DNA of 63,510 bases, filler included, from Asterionella formosa (Eukaryota), in assembly GCA_002256025.1 (NCBI GenBank). It is 14 parts of 14 records of this genome, joined end to end, with 100 filler letters (N's around TTAATTAATTAA, not from the genome) between each part and the next. Parts side by side here need not be neighbours in the genome. Positions count along the whole stretch, not along the records: positions 22,900 to 45,601 come from NKIB01002641.1; 13 more parts are not named here. One strand, written 5' to 3'. Positions 24,612 to 36,791 of the stretch are shown piece by piece. The first letter of the stretch is position 1. Every line of letters begins with the position of its first letter. Below the pieces are notes generated by a model, which did no database searches, was not told where the DNA came from, and was given only the letters and a program-made list of their open reading frames with translations. Both the position numbers and the translations under genes were made by a program.

Positions 24612-26580
24612 GGCTGGTCAAATAATTGTATTAGTTCGTAGACACTTCTTTGTCAGGTTGAAAGAGAAAGCAGCATGACATGACAATTCGTCAACAGAAA
24701 TACAATAGATATTCATTGTCACAACAGCTTAAATTGCAATGATCATAAAACAAGATTCAGAGAGCCGCCTGCCTACATATTATCTTCGTACATCACAATC
24801 GTATCGTTCAATTGTTGGGCGCGCTCTAATTTAAAAAAATTAAATCATGTGTATTACCGGTACTGGTAAAACATATATTTTTGTACTCATAACCCCAAAT
24901 TTTGTGTTTGTCTTGACCAAATTTGGTAACTCCATTTCACTCCTCAAACACAAATTTTCTTAAAGGAAAGAAACATCAGTGTAATCTATGAAAATATGTT
25001 TATCCATGTGTGACTGTAGATGATTTCCTGGAATATCATTTCATGACTTGCTTGCTCATATCCGAAATGGCTTCTTGCTCACTCCAAAAAAGTTATGCCT
25101 AAAGTTACATTTAATCAACCTCCTCCATTCATCGATCGTCATCTCTTTTGATTTAGACGGTGTCGTCATCCTCTTCCAGAAAAAGGAGATTATCCAGAGA
25201 TGGTTTCCCTTCCTCTCCAAGGCGCCTAGAACATCATTGCCATCTCGTCCAGAAAGAGCAGCAGTCCTCAGAATCCTCGGAAAAAGAGCGAGGAGAAGAA
25301 GCAGAGAAGGAAATGACAGCAGGTTTGTTATGAGGTCTGGTGTCTCTCAGATTGGTGTCTCCCAGTTATCATCAACAGGAACTGACAATTAATCTTCACG
25401 CCATAGTAGTGTTACTGCAAGCAGTTGCGAGAAAACACAGGTGGTAGTAGCTGTTTAACAAAACAAGATGAACATGATGATTATTTTGATCATGTCATCC
25501 ATGTTGAACCATGGGGCCACAGAAAGAACAAATTCCACTGCAAGCATCAAAGGCAGCAGTCCATTTAATTTTGCCCATTTTGACTCATAACATGGTGATA
25601 GTCTTTCAGAAAATATTATTTAATGCATACATGAAGATTTTTGCCCTCAAACCGTGTTTTATTTTCATTCGATGGTTACCACAAAACTTTTTCTTCCTTT
25701 TGATGATACTATAGTAATTTGGTACCAGCCAGCTACCCAGGATTAAGTGCCCATCATAACAGGCAGTAGTTTATTTGTCAAGAATTTGTTCAGACTTTGC
25801 ATATCAATCACTTCAAGTTCTTATCTGTTTGGTGGGGGTCCTCCTCTTGTTTCAACTCATTTCACAGGCCCAGGTGATTGTTGTGATTTCATGAAAAAAT
25901 TTCGTAAGTACTGTTTCAGGTAGTGAAGCCAACATGTTGCAGCTTAAGTTCTCCATTTAGCTTGGTAGAGGAGGAGTAAGCAAAATGACGTCGTTTTGTA
26001 TTTTGTTCCAACAAAAATTCTGTTTGGACAGTAAATGAATCTATTGACAGAAATCCTTTCTGATACCGCCTGCTGTGTATAGATATATAAAAGTTGATTC
26101 CAGCAGCTGAATGGAGTAAAAATTAGTTTAGCTTTGTCATTCCATTTCTTGTTGACAGCAAGAACCTTTGGGACTAAATATGGAAGTAGCTAATGCTAGC
26201 TTATTGATGATGAGTTCAAAGCAAAATCATTATTGATTAGAACATAAATTGCTACAACATTGTATGAATAATTATGTTCGAATCTAGCATATTTAGTCGA
26301 AAACGTGAATTTACTCGATTTAACGTTGACTCTCAGTTCAAAATCTTCCAGACGTTGACTCTCAGTTTTTAGGTGGTTGTTGACTCGGACCACAATCTAC
26401 TACGGTAGTCTACCTGGTACCAGTATGGGTACATACGACGATGGTGGTGTCTGCTGGTGGACAGCAAAACGGAAAGTGATACCAGTACTCAATGCTGTAA
26501 ATTTTATCATTATCATTATTATATTATTTTTTAATTAGCACACCCTTCCATCCTTGTTTACGACCGCTCCTAGTCCTACC

Positions 26581-28535
26581 ATGCATCGCACCCAGACACT
26601 GCAGAAGCTGGTCTCCACCATGGGAGGCATGCGGCGCATTCTGAAGAAGCATCCGCCGGTGAACAAGTACATGCGGCTTGCCATCGATTCTGGCATTTAC
26701 CGCGACCGCGACCGCAACGGCAAGCCGGAATATCTGGAGCAGCGGAACTCTCCGGACGGACGGTCCGTGGAGGACTACCCCATTGAGTACCAGATATTGA
26801 CCCTGCACCCGCCCTATCCGCCTCCGCCGATCCTGCCGGAATTCATGAGGCGCCGTATGGCCCATGCGCAGAAGCCACACGAAACGCAGCGACTGATGAA
26901 GCAACGACTCAAGACCACCACTGTCACGACGAAGAAGACCACCCTGACAGAAGCTGAGTACTATGAGCGATTGCTGGGAGTGCCGCCACCAGCTGCCAGC
27001 TCGGCGTTGGGGAACAAGACGGCACATGTGCAGCAGGCGTACGCGTTTGCGTTGAAGCAATGGCAAATCATGAGGGAGGACGGGGTGTCGGAAACTGAAT
27101 CACTGGAAAGGGTCAACGCGCTCTTGGAGAGGGAAGCCACGGAGGAAAAGACGCGAGCCAGAGACATGAGGAAGGATCTGCAGGCGTGGAGGGAAACGCG
27201 CAAAGCGCAAGAAACAAAATACGAAGCACTGCCCGAGGGGAGCATGGAAAAGAACGACGCGCAGCACGTACTGCAAAAATCAACCGTTCCGTCCGTGTTC
27301 TCCAACAAGGAACGAACCATTGCTGCCATGACCATGTGGAGTCAACGCCTGAGAGCTGTTCCGTACGTGGAATGGACCATTGGGGCCTCGGTGGCATTGG
27401 ACCATTGGGTAGCCAGATCTATTTTGAACATCTCGGAAGAAACATGGCAGACGCTGTTGGAAGGGACTGACCCAAGCTTGGCATCGCGAGGACTAGACAT
27501 TGTTCATGCCAGACAAGCCATGTTTCCAGAAACCATCCTTCGTCACGACGATGACGAGGAACAAGACATAGAAACAATCGACGGCAAGGCGTATTCAGAA
27601 CACTCGATCGAATCATTACTTGCCAAGCTAGGTATGGATGATGACGACGAAGTGAGTGACGATGTCAAGGCTTGGCAAAATCATGCTGATATTGACGAAA
27701 AGATGGCGCGTCTGGTGGAAAAACTTCAGGATTGGAGAGAAAAGAATGCAAAGGCGCCATATGAAGTTTGGAGTGAAAAAGACAAAGGCGATTTTGATGT
27801 AAGTGACCTTCTTACCTTGTTGTTTCATCCGGTTTGTCCAATTATGTGGCTAACGAAATCTATTCGAATTTACCGAAAATCCACTCATAGAAATGGATGC
27901 ATGATTATGTTGATACTTTGAAGGGCACGGACGATAAAGTCGACTATGATGAAACACGCAAAGCACTTCTCTCGCAACCACCCGTCCGGAGAGAGGAATC
28001 TGACGGCTTTTGGACTGCCATTCAAGACGAAACAGATGCTGAGATATTTCTCCAACAACTGCATAAGGATGGAATGCCGCGTGTTTCTCTTCTGAGTGAA
28101 TTATTTTATACCTTACCCTACCATGAACAACTTCAAAAGTTAATTGCCCTTGGCACACTTCGGCCGTTGTTAGACGAATACTCGACGGAACTCAAACGGA
28201 AACAATTCATGGCACAGCATGGACATAAGTTGATGGAAGGAGTCATGACGGAACATTTGGTGGCTGACACCGATGGTCCCATTTATGGACGCGAGCTTGG
28301 TCGTTGGGGTGAGAAGGCTGGTATTAAGGCTCAAGACCGCTTTCGCATGGAGAAAATACCATATGGGAGCGAGAATAGCAGTGATGAGTCCGTTGAGCGC
28401 GCACGTATGCTCTTGGCAGCGTGGAATGAACTTAAAGTGGGTCGAGCTAGGTTTGAGGAATACTTGTTTGGCAAGGGCAAGCTAGGGCTGAAATACAACG
28501 AAGATAAGGCAGCCGAGGACCACAAAGACGAGTAA
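26581..28535 (+). CDS. Two-exon ~620 aa protein with N-terminal region resembling mitochondrial ribosomal protein mS23
   Basis: Intron 27799-27890 (GTAAGT..CTAAC..TAG) joins GDFD|KWMHDY in frame. LAIDSGIY..LHPP and AYAFALKQWQIMREDGVSE resemble mS23/Rsm25. Gene model firm, product tentative. Confidence 0.55.
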
Positions 28536-29391
28536 AGTAGATAAAGATCCCCGAGTCAAATTCGATTCCCAATCCTCTAAGAATGAAAAACAAAAGAAAA
28601 AGGCTGTGACAGCGGTAGTACTACATAGCCTTTTCTAAAGAAGCGATTACTAAGTGCGACGGAGGGAGGGTCCAAAAGTTGGATGGGAGGAGTGTATGAG
28701 TTGTCGGTGTCAGCCTTGTGCATTTTCGTCAGTGGCTTAGGTCTTACTGAGTGTTATTCTACTAGCCTTGTATGTATAACTGCTTTAGGTTACACAAAGC
28801 AATGCACCCATCCTCATCAGCTCGACAACCAGCAACCTCCCAATCGTGACAATCATGCTGGTTCTTGCTTTGTTCCTGTGAATTTTTCAACAGTCCTGTT
28901 ACCCTTCAAGAACCATTGACAACCATATTTGGAAACGTCTTAATACTATTCATTTTTCACCTATTCTTTACATACATCGAATCAAATGCATATGATACAC
29001 CCATCAATATCAATTAATTTACTTTATTCTAACAGCTTGTTTACTACCGGTATTCATAATTGAAATAGTTTCTGACTTTTCTACTTTTGTAGGACTAAAT
29101 ACATCATCCAATAACCAGTGAAATCTTCTTTTCTGCTCGTTTACCGGGTATTGAGTTCGGTTTTGGTTTTGCCCAACAAATGATTGTCGGGTCAAAGTCA
29201 AAAATATCAAGGGATGGAGTCATTTGCAGAAAAAATTGTATCGAGCAACCCATCACTTTTTTTCTCCGAGATTCATTTTATTATATATCGTGATGGCTTT
29301 TCACAAGAGTTCTCATATATTATTTGCCTCATTTCTCCAAAGTTCGTTTTTCTATCGTTGTGGAACGTGACTTATACAAAACGCAAACAAG

Positions 29392-30192
29392 ATGGCAACA
29401 GAAACAGAAAAAACAACAACAGCAACAACAGCGGCAATTCCATATGCAGCTGGTGAGCATACCGATAGTTCAACTTCATCACCTCCCGAGAAGAAACTCG
29501 AGCACTTGGGTGGCCATCGTCAGTACTGGCGTGATATCATTTTGGGCGTTAACGATGGCTTGGTTTCGACCTTTTTGCTAGTCATGGGTGTCTCGGGAGG
29601 AGGTCTCTCCTCGATGAACATCCTCCTCACCGCCATTTCTGGAGCTCTAGCAGGAGCCATTAGTATGTGTGCCGGAGAGTATGTGGCAACAAAATCTCAG
29701 AATCAGGTAATCAGTGGAGAACTTCTCTTGGAACAAAATCATGTCACTTTCTACAAAGAAGAGGAACTGGCTGAGTTGGCGACGCTCCTCCCCAAAATAG
29801 GGATCACCACCAATGAGAGCACTCTTCACGAAAGTATTATGAATTACTACGACGCAAACCCCAATGAACTTTTGAAGGTAATGACTGTTTTGGAGTTTGG
29901 TGTGGTCGAAGAGGAGGTTCGGTCCCCATGGAAAGCAGGTGTGACCTCGTGTTCTCTATTCATAATGGGTTCCCTCCCATCCGTGGTTCCATTTGCAATT
30001 TTCGATTCACCATCGACTGGCGTGATTGTGGCTGGAGTGCTAACTGTACTTTCCCTTATTGTGGTTGGAGGGATCAAGACTTGGGCATCAAGGGGGAGCT
30101 TTCTGAACGCTGCCATAGAAAACGTCGTCATTGCTGGAGTAGGAGGTGCATTGGCGTATGGAGTCGGAATGCTTATTGAATACTTGCAGTAG
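29392..30192 (+). CDS. VIT1: VIT1/CCC1-family Fe2+/Mn2+ transporter
   Basis: RDIILGVNDGLVSTF, AGAISMCAGEYVATKSQ, SPWKAG; five hydrophobic segments. Confidence 0.92.
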   Translation: MATETEKTTTATTAAIPYAAGEHTDSSTSSPPEKKLEHLGGHRQYWRDIILGVNDGLVSTFLLVMGVSGGGLSSMNILLTAISGALAGAISMCAGEYVATKSQNQVISGELLLEQNHVTFYKEEELAELATLLPKIGITTNESTLHESIMNYYDANPNELLKVMTVLEFGVVEEEVRSPWKAGVTSCSLFIMGSLPSVVPFAIFDSPSTGVIVAGVLTVLSLIVVGGIKTWASRGSFLNAAIENVVIAGVGGALAYGVGMLIEYLQ

Positions 30193-30373
30193 CTTTTCAC
30201 TGGTGCCGGGTGGAACGCATAGAGATCACCTCATAATTTTGTGTATAGATATAGATTGCAATATTCGCTAGCTCAACGTTTCGTTCCGATTAATAGAGCT
30301 TTGACACCTGTGAGAAGTATCACATAGATTCCTAATAAATGGCCGCAAATCAATTTGGCAATCCGGAATTTCT

Positions 30374-31636
30374 TCATGAGTCAACACCCATCTCCTTGGC
30401 AACTTGATCTAAGCAAGTGAATCCACAACCCGAATCCCATAGGTAACAATCATGCTTTGTATTTAATGTCCCACCAGGAGAACAGGGAAAAGTAACATTT
30501 CCGCAAGTTTTCTGGGAAACCCGTAAAGAATTTCTGTAAAGCAGTAATTTCTTGTAAAATTCATCTCTCCCTAATGCATTAATAGTCAAATCCAAGGACC
30601 GATTAACAACCAGGTACAATAAATTGTCTCCCTTGGTGTACTGTTGCCATGCTTCGCTCTGTTCTATAAACTCCTTTATTCCTGGTGAAATGTAGGTGGG
30701 AACAATATAGAAACACTTCCCACCCGCTAGCCCATCATCGAAGCCGCCATTCTGTTTGGCAGAGATGTATAGAATATCTGATGTACTTAGGTTCAACATC
30801 ATTTGAAGACAAACAAGACTTTCATGCATACGTTCTGTAATTCCAATAAAATTGTATTCGTCCATAATTTTTGCCACTGCATTCGTGTAATCCTCATCCG
30901 TAGCTCCTTCCACTTTAAATCGATGCTCTGTCGACATGAATTGCAGGTAGTAATTTTGGATTTCCTTTGTAAAAGCAAAATACTGCTGAAAATTTATATC
31001 CGAGGGTTCCAGTTTCCACCTTGATACCGCAAAATGAAAGAATTCACTAATATGTCGATTGGTAGGTTCTCGAATGATACTCCACAGAAAGCTCTGAGTT
31101 TTATCACGTTTATAGTAGTTGAGCAAATGTGCTGGTGGGTGTCCGTACCGAGTATGACAATGAGGAGTATCGATGCGTTGCCGCTGGGCCACATGTTTTG
31201 CAATCCGCAGAGCTACGCCTGCCACAGTACTACTCCCAGCCTTGCGGGCCTTGAAATATAAAAATCCACGATTAGTCGGTCGTCGAAGTTGAAGGATGGA
31301 ATCCCAATTCTCTTCAGAGGGGAAGCAGGGGAATGTTTGATTCCAACGAGCAAATGGTCGCTCAAGTCGAGCGACCGTCGCGCCGTCTACGTTGTAATTA
31401 ACTAGTGGTTGAAGGGTCCGTTGCCGTTGAGTTCTAATTGGCTTGCTGATGCCAGAAGCTGATGCTGCTACGCTTGGATGTTGTCCTGAAAAGTCATCCG
31501 CGCACATCGCCAAGTGTCGATGCCAGTGATAAATTACCCAAAACTGAACCAGCACAAAGACGACCCATGGGAGTTTGATTTGATTCTTCATCAACTGCTT
31601 CCATGCGGGCATTTTTATAGTGCTCGGTCCATGCAT
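30374..31636 (-). CDS. Golgi-type sulfotransferase-like protein
   Basis: Signal anchor; FLYFKARKAGSST (5'-PSB), IIREPTNRHISEFFH (3'-PB), FIGITERMHESL. Confidence 0.8.
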   Translation of the reverse strand: MHGPSTIKMPAWKQLMKNQIKLPWVVFVLVQFWVIYHWHRHLAMCADDFSGQHPSVAASASGISKPIRTQRQRTLQPLVNYNVDGATVARLERPFARWNQTFPCFPSEENWDSILQLRRPTNRGFLYFKARKAGSSTVAGVALRIAKHVAQRQRIDTPHCHTRYGHPPAHLLNYYKRDKTQSFLWSIIREPTNRHISEFFHFAVSRWKLEPSDINFQQYFAFTKEIQNYYLQFMSTEHRFKVEGATDEDYTNAVAKIMDEYNFIGITERMHESLVCLQMMLNLSTSDILYISAKQNGGFDDGLAGGKCFYIVPTYISPGIKEFIEQSEAWQQYTKGDNLLYLVVNRSLDLTINALGRDEFYKKLLLYRNSLRVSQKTCGNVTFPCSPGGTLNTKHDCYLWDSGCGFTCLDQVAKEMGVDS

Positions 31637-32140
31637 ATGATAAATTTGAGGAAGAGGACCTTGCGCAGGAAGAACATTGGGGAAGCAATGAAATGTCCTA
31701 TAGTACTTGTATTAAATGATGAGGGAAATGTTTTGACACATCATATTACCATGTTGATTATTTGGAAGTACCAGGTACCAGGTAGCATTGCTCAGCCATC
31801 ATCACCACAGTACCAGTATATACGTAACGACTGACTCCCGAATTATATTTCTGGAAGGCAACGATTGACCTGAACTGGGCCGAATTCAGGCTAATAGGCT
31901 GGAATCAGTCTGGATTTTCAATCCCTTCCCCAATGTTTACAGAACTGTATGTAGCCCGTCTCCCAAAATTATCTCAAAATTACCTGCATGGGATGGCATG
32001 AAAACGAAAATTGATAATGGGCAAACAAGGTGCCATTATTTCATGCCTTTCCAAATAAATTCCCCTCTCAAATGTTGGTCCAAAATCATCATGATGTGAA
32101 TATCGAAAAGATTCACTGACTGGAATGAATGAGGATAGTT

Positions 32141-32633
32141 CTGTGAAGAGAGCTCAAGAAAATCAGAGTGATGGCAATTGTGGTCACAGCTCATGGGACA
32201 GTGGATGATATTGATACAAATGAGCTGTATGCTTTTGAAACGCAATTCTTTAACATTTCTAAAGGTGATCCAGTATATTGATTTTTAAAAATTTTCTGGC
32301 ATCTGAGAAGAAGTTGTTTTTCCTAATGAAGTCACAAAAAACTAAAATTTTTAAAAATCATTATCATAGTCTAGCTGTAGCAGAGGCAACATAATCCTCA
32401 TCATGAAATGCACCAGTAAAATTGACAAGTTCAAATGCATCAATTCACCTTCTGCTGCCTCTTCAAGTATATAAATTGCCTTGACCATTATATAAGTATA
32501 CTGGATCACCTTTAGAAATGTTAAAGAATTGCGTTTCAAAAGCATACAGCTCATTTGTATCAATATCATCCACTGTCCCATGAGCTGTGACCACAATTGC
32601 CATCACTCTGATTTTCTTGAGCTCTCTTCACAG
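32141..32633. repeat. Inverted repeat, 137-bp arms (32141-32277 / 32497-32633), 219-bp spacer
   Basis: Arms read as exact reverse complements (ctgtgaagagagctc...gatccagtata / tatactggatc...gagctctcttcacag). Confidence 0.92.
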
Positions 32634-34448
32634 GTGCACAAAGACTAAAGTTTGGGTAGCCATAGTACTAAAGCTGGTATGTTATTTTTTAGCTTTCAGT
32701 TGGATGCCAATTCTATCATGCCATTACACTTGCTTCATTCTCTCTGACAATGGTGGTGAATATCTCCAGATCTGCTTTGTCATTAGACCTGCCATGGTTG
32801 TATTCCAACTTATTTCCACAATTGTTCATTGTTGCCAACTGTTGCAATTATTCTTGACTTTCTATCAGTCAATCTTTAGCTAGTCTAATCTCACAATTTC
32901 TAGAACTTTTTTAAGAATCTGCTAAAAGGTGGCTTGGGGCTGCCAAAAGATAGAAACTATTTCAGGACCAAGGTTGTGGATGCTGACAGTTCCCACCCCC
33001 AATTTACATGTTTAGAAAAGGAAAACAATACTTGGACATGTTCCTGTGAATGGTGCTCCATGGGTCTATTTGATTTGATGGTCGCTGTTTATATCATCCC
33101 ATGGAAGCAGCATTGAGTCCTTCCAACCAAGACTGAAGATATGTGTCTTAGTAATTTTTCATGCTATGACTCTTCTTTAATTTATCATATAAAGTATAAG
33201 TAACAAAGAGATATTTAGGTTTTCAAATTGGGCCTCAAAGAGAGTTTGAAATCAGCAAGCAAAAATGTTGAATAAAGTATTTTGAAGACTTTCTTGCACT
33301 TCTTTGGACAACCAGAAAGTAGTTGCCTACATCCAGCACTCTATAGCCACATCAAGTGAATCCATGCTTTCTCCTTTTGATTTGAAGTCAGTGAATTCAG
33401 GTTCATCAGAGATGACATTGTTCTTGCTTACAAATTTCATCACTTTATCACTGCATTACAACACATTAGAGAAGGAGGTGCCAAAGTCCTCTAAGAAATA
33501 AAGGGAACCCCAAAAGGTTGCATGTACTAGCAGAATGACGATAATGTGCTTGATGTATCCATGTATGTTCATGTCCCTATCCTGGTCAACAAGAAACATG
33601 ATTGAGTAAAGGCGGTTGAGCATATTTGTGTTATACTTTCATTAGAGAACATGGTCTATTCATATATTAATGACACAATTGATAGACTAACAGGTACCAT
33701 AGTGGAATACCTATATCAGCTGTTAAATTTGCTGTCAGGAATGTCTTGAAGCCAGTCACCTAATATTTTAATTCAGGCTTGCAGGCATAGCTAACTGAAG
33801 ATACCGGCACTGTGTACCTGGTACCTGTATCCTGGTAGGTTGGAATTTCTTGTTATAAAGAATCAACATCTAGGGTACTGGTACCTGTAAGATCTACCTC
33901 AGCCGTCATGTCCAACCAAAGCTGTGAACTTCCATGATAAATTCATCTGGTAGATGTGTTGGCAAGTACCGGTAGCTATGATATATATAACAATACCCTT
34001 AATATTTTTTATTCTGCTGGCCACCGCACACTGCCTGCTTCAAAAAAAATGTTTGTCCCTTTTGCTCAGCTATGTACCGGTATGAATGCCACTTCATCCG
34101 TGTAGCTATTATACGTACTGAAGGTTCATCCGTTGAGTGTTCTGCCACCATTATACAGTATATTCCGGCATGTATATTATTCTATTTTTATTGACATCCT
34201 TTGCCTTCAGGAGTACGGGTGGTACCAGGTACCAGGTACTATTTCTCAGTGCATTTTGTATACCGTACTCGTCCGGCACTTTTGCAATTGCTAAAACAAA
34301 AATACACCATCTTGGAGAATGCAGATATATTTTAATAATTGTCTCGTAGTCGCTTGATTTCAGCGACAGTCACATTTTATCACTCACCACCACAGTCATC
34401 ATAATTGCAGGCCCCAACAAATTTAACAAAATCTGAAACAGTTTGAAA

Positions 34449-35531
34449 ATGATTGCTCGTTTCGTCCAGTCTCCGGCTGTTGGTTCGTCCATCTCTACTC
34501 TTTGTCGCCACTACTCGACCACGAAAGTCTCCAACGCTCGCTTGGTGATTGCTGTCGGTGGCAATGCCTTGCAGCGACGAGGAGAACGGTTGACCATTGA
34601 AAACATGCTCAAGGCGGCCGCCGATATGGCACCCACCATTGCCGCCTTAGCAAAAGAACACCAATTGGTATTAACGCACGGCAACGGCCCTCAAGTGGGG
34701 GAATTGGCACTGGAGCGATCGGCCGCATCCTTTGATGTGCTGGGTGCAGAAAGTATGGGTCAGATTGGGTATGTTCTGGCACAAGCACTTCATTCCGTCG
34801 GATGTCAAGCCGTACCTATATTGACCCAAGTTGTTGTCGACCCTGCGTCTGACGCCTTTAGAGACCCGAATAAATTTGTGGGGCCCATTTATGGTGCCAA
34901 GGAAGCAACGGCACTGGCACAATCCCTTCAATGGACAGTCAAGCCAGATGGAGAATACTTTCGTCGCGTCGTGCCATCGCCACCACCTTTAGAAATTTTA
35001 CAAATTGATGCCATTACGACCCTTCTAGAACATGCCCCACATGTGTTGCCCATCGCATGCGGAGGAGGGGGCATTCCTGTAGCAAGAGTACCGTCGTGTC
35101 CATCGACCCTCATGGGAGTGGAATGTGTCATTGATAAGGATGTGTGCGGAGCCAAGTTGGCGACGGATATTGAAGCAGACGGATACATTATATTAACCGA
35201 TGGTGGTGGGATTTGGGAACGGTACGGAAAACCCGATGCCAGGGAAATGAAAATGGCATCACCTGAATATTTGGAAGGAACCAAGGCAGGAAAGAATTTT
35301 CCTGGGAGTATGGGTCCCAAGATTCAAGCCGCGATTGATTTCGTCAATAAGAGTACTCGTACGAATGCTTGGGCTGCCATTGGGGACTTGCGGGATGCTG
35401 CCAAATTGGTTAGCAACGAGGAAGGAACAATAATTAGGCACGATGTTGAAGGCGGAGTCATTTGGAGAGAAAGGAAGGGGACTGTAGTGATTTCCCGTAA
35501 GGAGAGCAAGGAAGCTCACAAGAGTGGATAA
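34449..35531 (+). CDS. arcC: Carbamate kinase with probable mitochondrial presequence
   Basis: VIAVGGNAL, THGNGPQVG, PNKFVGP, RRVVPSP, GGGGIPV, VIDKD, GSMGPKI; Arg/Ser-rich N-terminal extension lacking acidic residues. Confidence 0.95.
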   Translation: MIARFVQSPAVGSSISTLCRHYSTTKVSNARLVIAVGGNALQRRGERLTIENMLKAAADMAPTIAALAKEHQLVLTHGNGPQVGELALERSAASFDVLGAESMGQIGYVLAQALHSVGCQAVPILTQVVVDPASDAFRDPNKFVGPIYGAKEATALAQSLQWTVKPDGEYFRRVVPSPPPLEILQIDAITTLLEHAPHVLPIACGGGGIPVARVPSCPSTLMGVECVIDKDVCGAKLATDIEADGYIILTDGGGIWERYGKPDAREMKMASPEYLEGTKAGKNFPGSMGPKIQAAIDFVNKSTRTNAWAAIGDLRDAAKLVSNEEGTIIRHDVEGGVIWRERKGTVVISRKESKEAHKSG

Positions 35532-35987
35532 GCATAATGTCAATTCTGAATGCTACAATTGACAAATTCAAGTTCATCAGATTGAACTTGTGCTATGCAT
35601 AAAAACAAAGAATTTTGTCTTTAGAAAAAATAGACCCAAAGCAAAAAGCTTTAAAAATTGGTTTAGTTTTATTCCGGCGCTTTTTACACCACTGCTGTCC
35701 CACTCTATCCAACACAGACCAGGAAGTCACAATCGAAACCACTCATGCCTCCTTTCTGTTCAGTTTTCTTTTCTGCTTGGTTTACTAGATGCCATTCCAA
35801 TTGCGATTGACTTGTACCATCATACGAAAGTATCATTTTCATTGGAGTCTTGATTCGCCTAATTGTTGTCTAGCAGCTCTATCCTTGCCATGACAACAGA
35901 ATTAACAGCAAATATATTCCATATTGGGCGCTGGGAGCAAACAACTATGGTCTAGCAATGAAAGGCTTGGGCAGCAATAGTATATTG

Positions 35988-36181
35988 TAAACTGCAGCAT
36001 CTAATGCATTACCACCTTCTTGAATGTTGATGACTGTGATGGTGCCACCAGAAATTGGGATGACTGCTGTTGTGATGTCCACAATTATCTTGTAAATTGC
36101 AGCATTTAATGCATCACCACCTTCTAGAATTGTCATATCACGTTGATGACTCTGATGGTGCCACCAGAAATCGGGATGACT
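35988..36181. repeat. Imperfect tandem duplication (~105-115 bp period)
   Basis: tgcagcat.taatgcat.accaccttct and gttgatgact.tgatggtgccaccagaaat.gggatgact each occur twice. Confidence 0.8.
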
Positions 36182-36350
36182 ACCAGCAGGTAACAGGTAC
36201 CGGTAATGTCGTGATCATGTCCACGGCTGGTTGCATCAAGATGATAATTATAGTGGTATGCCACGTAGAACTAGTCCAAAATATTAACCTTATCTCTATA
36301 GGTGTAAGGAATATCACACCAATTTCTTTCCTTCGATCACTTCATAAGAA

Positions 36351-36713
36351 GGGAATGGATTGGTGGTTACTAAGCATGTTGCCTTTGATCTGAGGTTGTG
36401 TGGTTCGATTCCCGCAATTTTTTGAGAAGCAATTGTTGGTTTCGACTCCCACACTCCTTACAGTCCTGCATGGTCATGGCTGGTGTGCAAGAAATGGTGG
36501 GTTGACCCCCTATGCTTGTGCCGCCTTCCTAGGCAGTGGGAGTTTTCCCTAATGCTTCGGCTAATACAATCACCTTTTGTGAAAGATTTGTGCTTGGGAG
36601 TCACCTATGCTAACAAACTAGGGAAGCACAGGTCTTGTTAGCAGGCCATGCTATGAAAGAACCGTGTGTAACCACGAGGTCTTAGAAAGCGTGCTATAAG
36701 TGATTACCCTTTT
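36351..36713 (+). mobile_element. Putative tRNA-derived SINE-like element or structured ncRNA
   Basis: A-box-like tggattggtggttactaagc; B box GGTTCGATTCCC (36402-36413); second B-box-like 36438-36450; body 36497-36635 homologous to 51421-51571. Confidence 0.55.
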
Positions 36714-36791
36714 ATAATAGATATTAGTTTGCAATTAACCTTAAAATGATTATCCTGATACTGTTGTAATGGGTTTCTCAAATTATTGGTT

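Noticed and set aside
36351..36420. Functional tRNA gene
   Set aside because: B box present, but acceptor, anticodon and T stems do not pair properly; treated as a tRNA-derived head.
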